From NCBI RefSeq assembly GCF_041146345.1, contig NW_027191404.1, positions 2,666,001 to 2,730,000 of the forward strand: 64,000 bases of DNA. The letters are read 5' to 3'. The translations under genes were made by a program, and so were the position numbers. This DNA comes from Neodothiora populina. Its lineage: Eukaryota. This document shows, one piece after another, positions 62,694 to 64,000 of the stretch (positions are counted from its first letter, which is position 1; every line of letters begins with the position of its first letter). The notes below the pieces were generated by a model, which made no database searches, was not told the origin of the DNA, and saw only the letters and a program-made list of their open reading frames with translations.

Positions 62694-64000
62694 ATGGCAA
62701 GACCTCACTCAAGCGGTTACGATTATGATGCTGTTCAACCCCATTCACCTCTTGGTACGCCCTTTGGCGGCACACCGTCCTTAAGCAGGAGAGGTTCATT
62801 TGAATATCATCCTTCCCCTGCTGCATCTACAACACAACTAGTGCGAAATTCTGGAAGTTCGAGTTCTGGTCTCCAACGTCTTCGACCCACCTTAGACAAG
62901 AACCACTCTCTTTACTACAATGGATCCCAGACGAATCTCGGTTCAGAAATGGACTACATGATCCCCGAATCTGATGTTTCAGATGAGGACAACAAACATT
63001 TCGAGGACTCGTCCTCGACCATCATCGGCTCGACACCTGACATGAAGCAAGACAACCGCTTCTCGTCTACGAGTTCGTTCGGTCAAAAATTCAACGATAC
63101 AGAATATGTTATCGCTGAACTCGCGAAATACGACGACAACGCCCTGCTCTCCCCATGGAAACGAAGGCTCCACCGACTTGCACCTCTTTTTACTTTTGCT
63201 GCTCTTGGCGGATACTACACTTACTATGCTTTCCGTATCTACTACACCGTCGAAGCTCAACGTGCCTACGGAAAGGTTTTCCCCATGGCCTGGGTTTTCA
63301 TTGTTGCTGAATTTCTCGTTACCAGTATGTTGTACTTCTTAACTTTTCTTTTTTCCGGATACTGACTGTGACAAAAGTTCCTACTTTCTTCCACCAAGTT
63401 TACTCTCTCCTCGGTTTCAGAGGCCGCAAGCGACCACAACTTCGTCTTGAAGGTCAAGCTGCCCCCACCATCGACGCTTTCATCACCTGCTGCAAAGAAG
63501 ATGTTGATGTTGTTATTGACACCGCCCGTGCTGCATGCGACAACGACTACCCTACCGACCGCTTCCGTGTCATCGTTCTCGACGACGGTGCAGACCCCGA
63601 ACTCAAGAAGGCCATGGAGGAACTCAGCTACCAGTACCCTAACGCTTACTACTTTGCTCGTGTCAAGGTAAAGGGCCAGCCTCACCACGCCAAAGCTGGA
63701 AACCTTATCGGCGGTACTGATTTCGTCACCAAACTTCCCGGCGGTGCTGGTGAATTCATTGCTGCTCTTGACGCAGACATGATTCCCGAAAGAGACTGGC
63801 TCCGTGCTATCATCCCTCATCTCCTCCGCGATCCTCTTATGGCTCTCGCTTGTCCTCCTCAGCTCTTTTACAACGTCCCCGACAACGACATGCTTGTTCA
63901 GTCTCTTGATCCCTTCGTCCACGTCATGGAACCTATCAAAGATTCTTGCGGTGTCGCTTGGTGCACTGGATCCGGCTATATCATTCGTCGTGCCGCTCTC
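62694..64000 (+). CDS. Cellulose-synthase-like GT2 glycosyltransferase (CelA/Tft1-like), 3'-truncated by window edge; intron approx. 63326-63377
   Basis: Two TM helices, then manual translation gives 'IDAFITCCKED', 'YPTDRFRVIVLDDG', 'HHAKAGNL', 'ALDADMIP', 'PPQLFYN', 'WCTGSGYIIRRAAL'. Confidence 0.88.

Overview
Eukaryotic, intron-containing DNA from a filamentous ascomycete (Pezizomycotina; Eurotiomycetes/Chaetothyriales-like is only my impression). It is very gene-dense: about 36 protein-coding genes in 64 kb, with short GT-AG introns carrying CTRAC-type branch sites. Most genes are housekeeping: U2SURP-like, a USP deubiquitinase, TRAPPC12-like, Atg11, a CSC1/OSCA channel, two Gre2-like reductases, Aim21, Tvp18, Ntf2, Oms1, a Tre2/M28 peptidase, an SDR, kynureninase, Hgh1, Lys1, a TBC Rab-GAP, GT25, an MFS transporter, Arp8 and Pam16. 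I saw no rRNA, tRNA, CRISPR array or recognisable transposon. Most notable observations: (1) a divergent pair of a GPI-type GH12 glucanase and a cellulose-synthase-like GT2, with a GH64 nearby, which could be a beta-glucan synthesis/remodelling module; (2) four of ten convergent gene pairs overlap by exactly 4 bp through their stop codons; (3) a single in-frame TAG inside the TRAPPC12-like gene; (4) a recurrent intergenic TAAGGTA motif, including a perfect 26-bp palindrome; (5) a HeLo-like/ankyrin gene with a frameshift or 25-nt micro-intron, convergent on an F-box gene. All product calls come from motif recognition by eye and not from database searches. Spliced coordinates were derived by hand.
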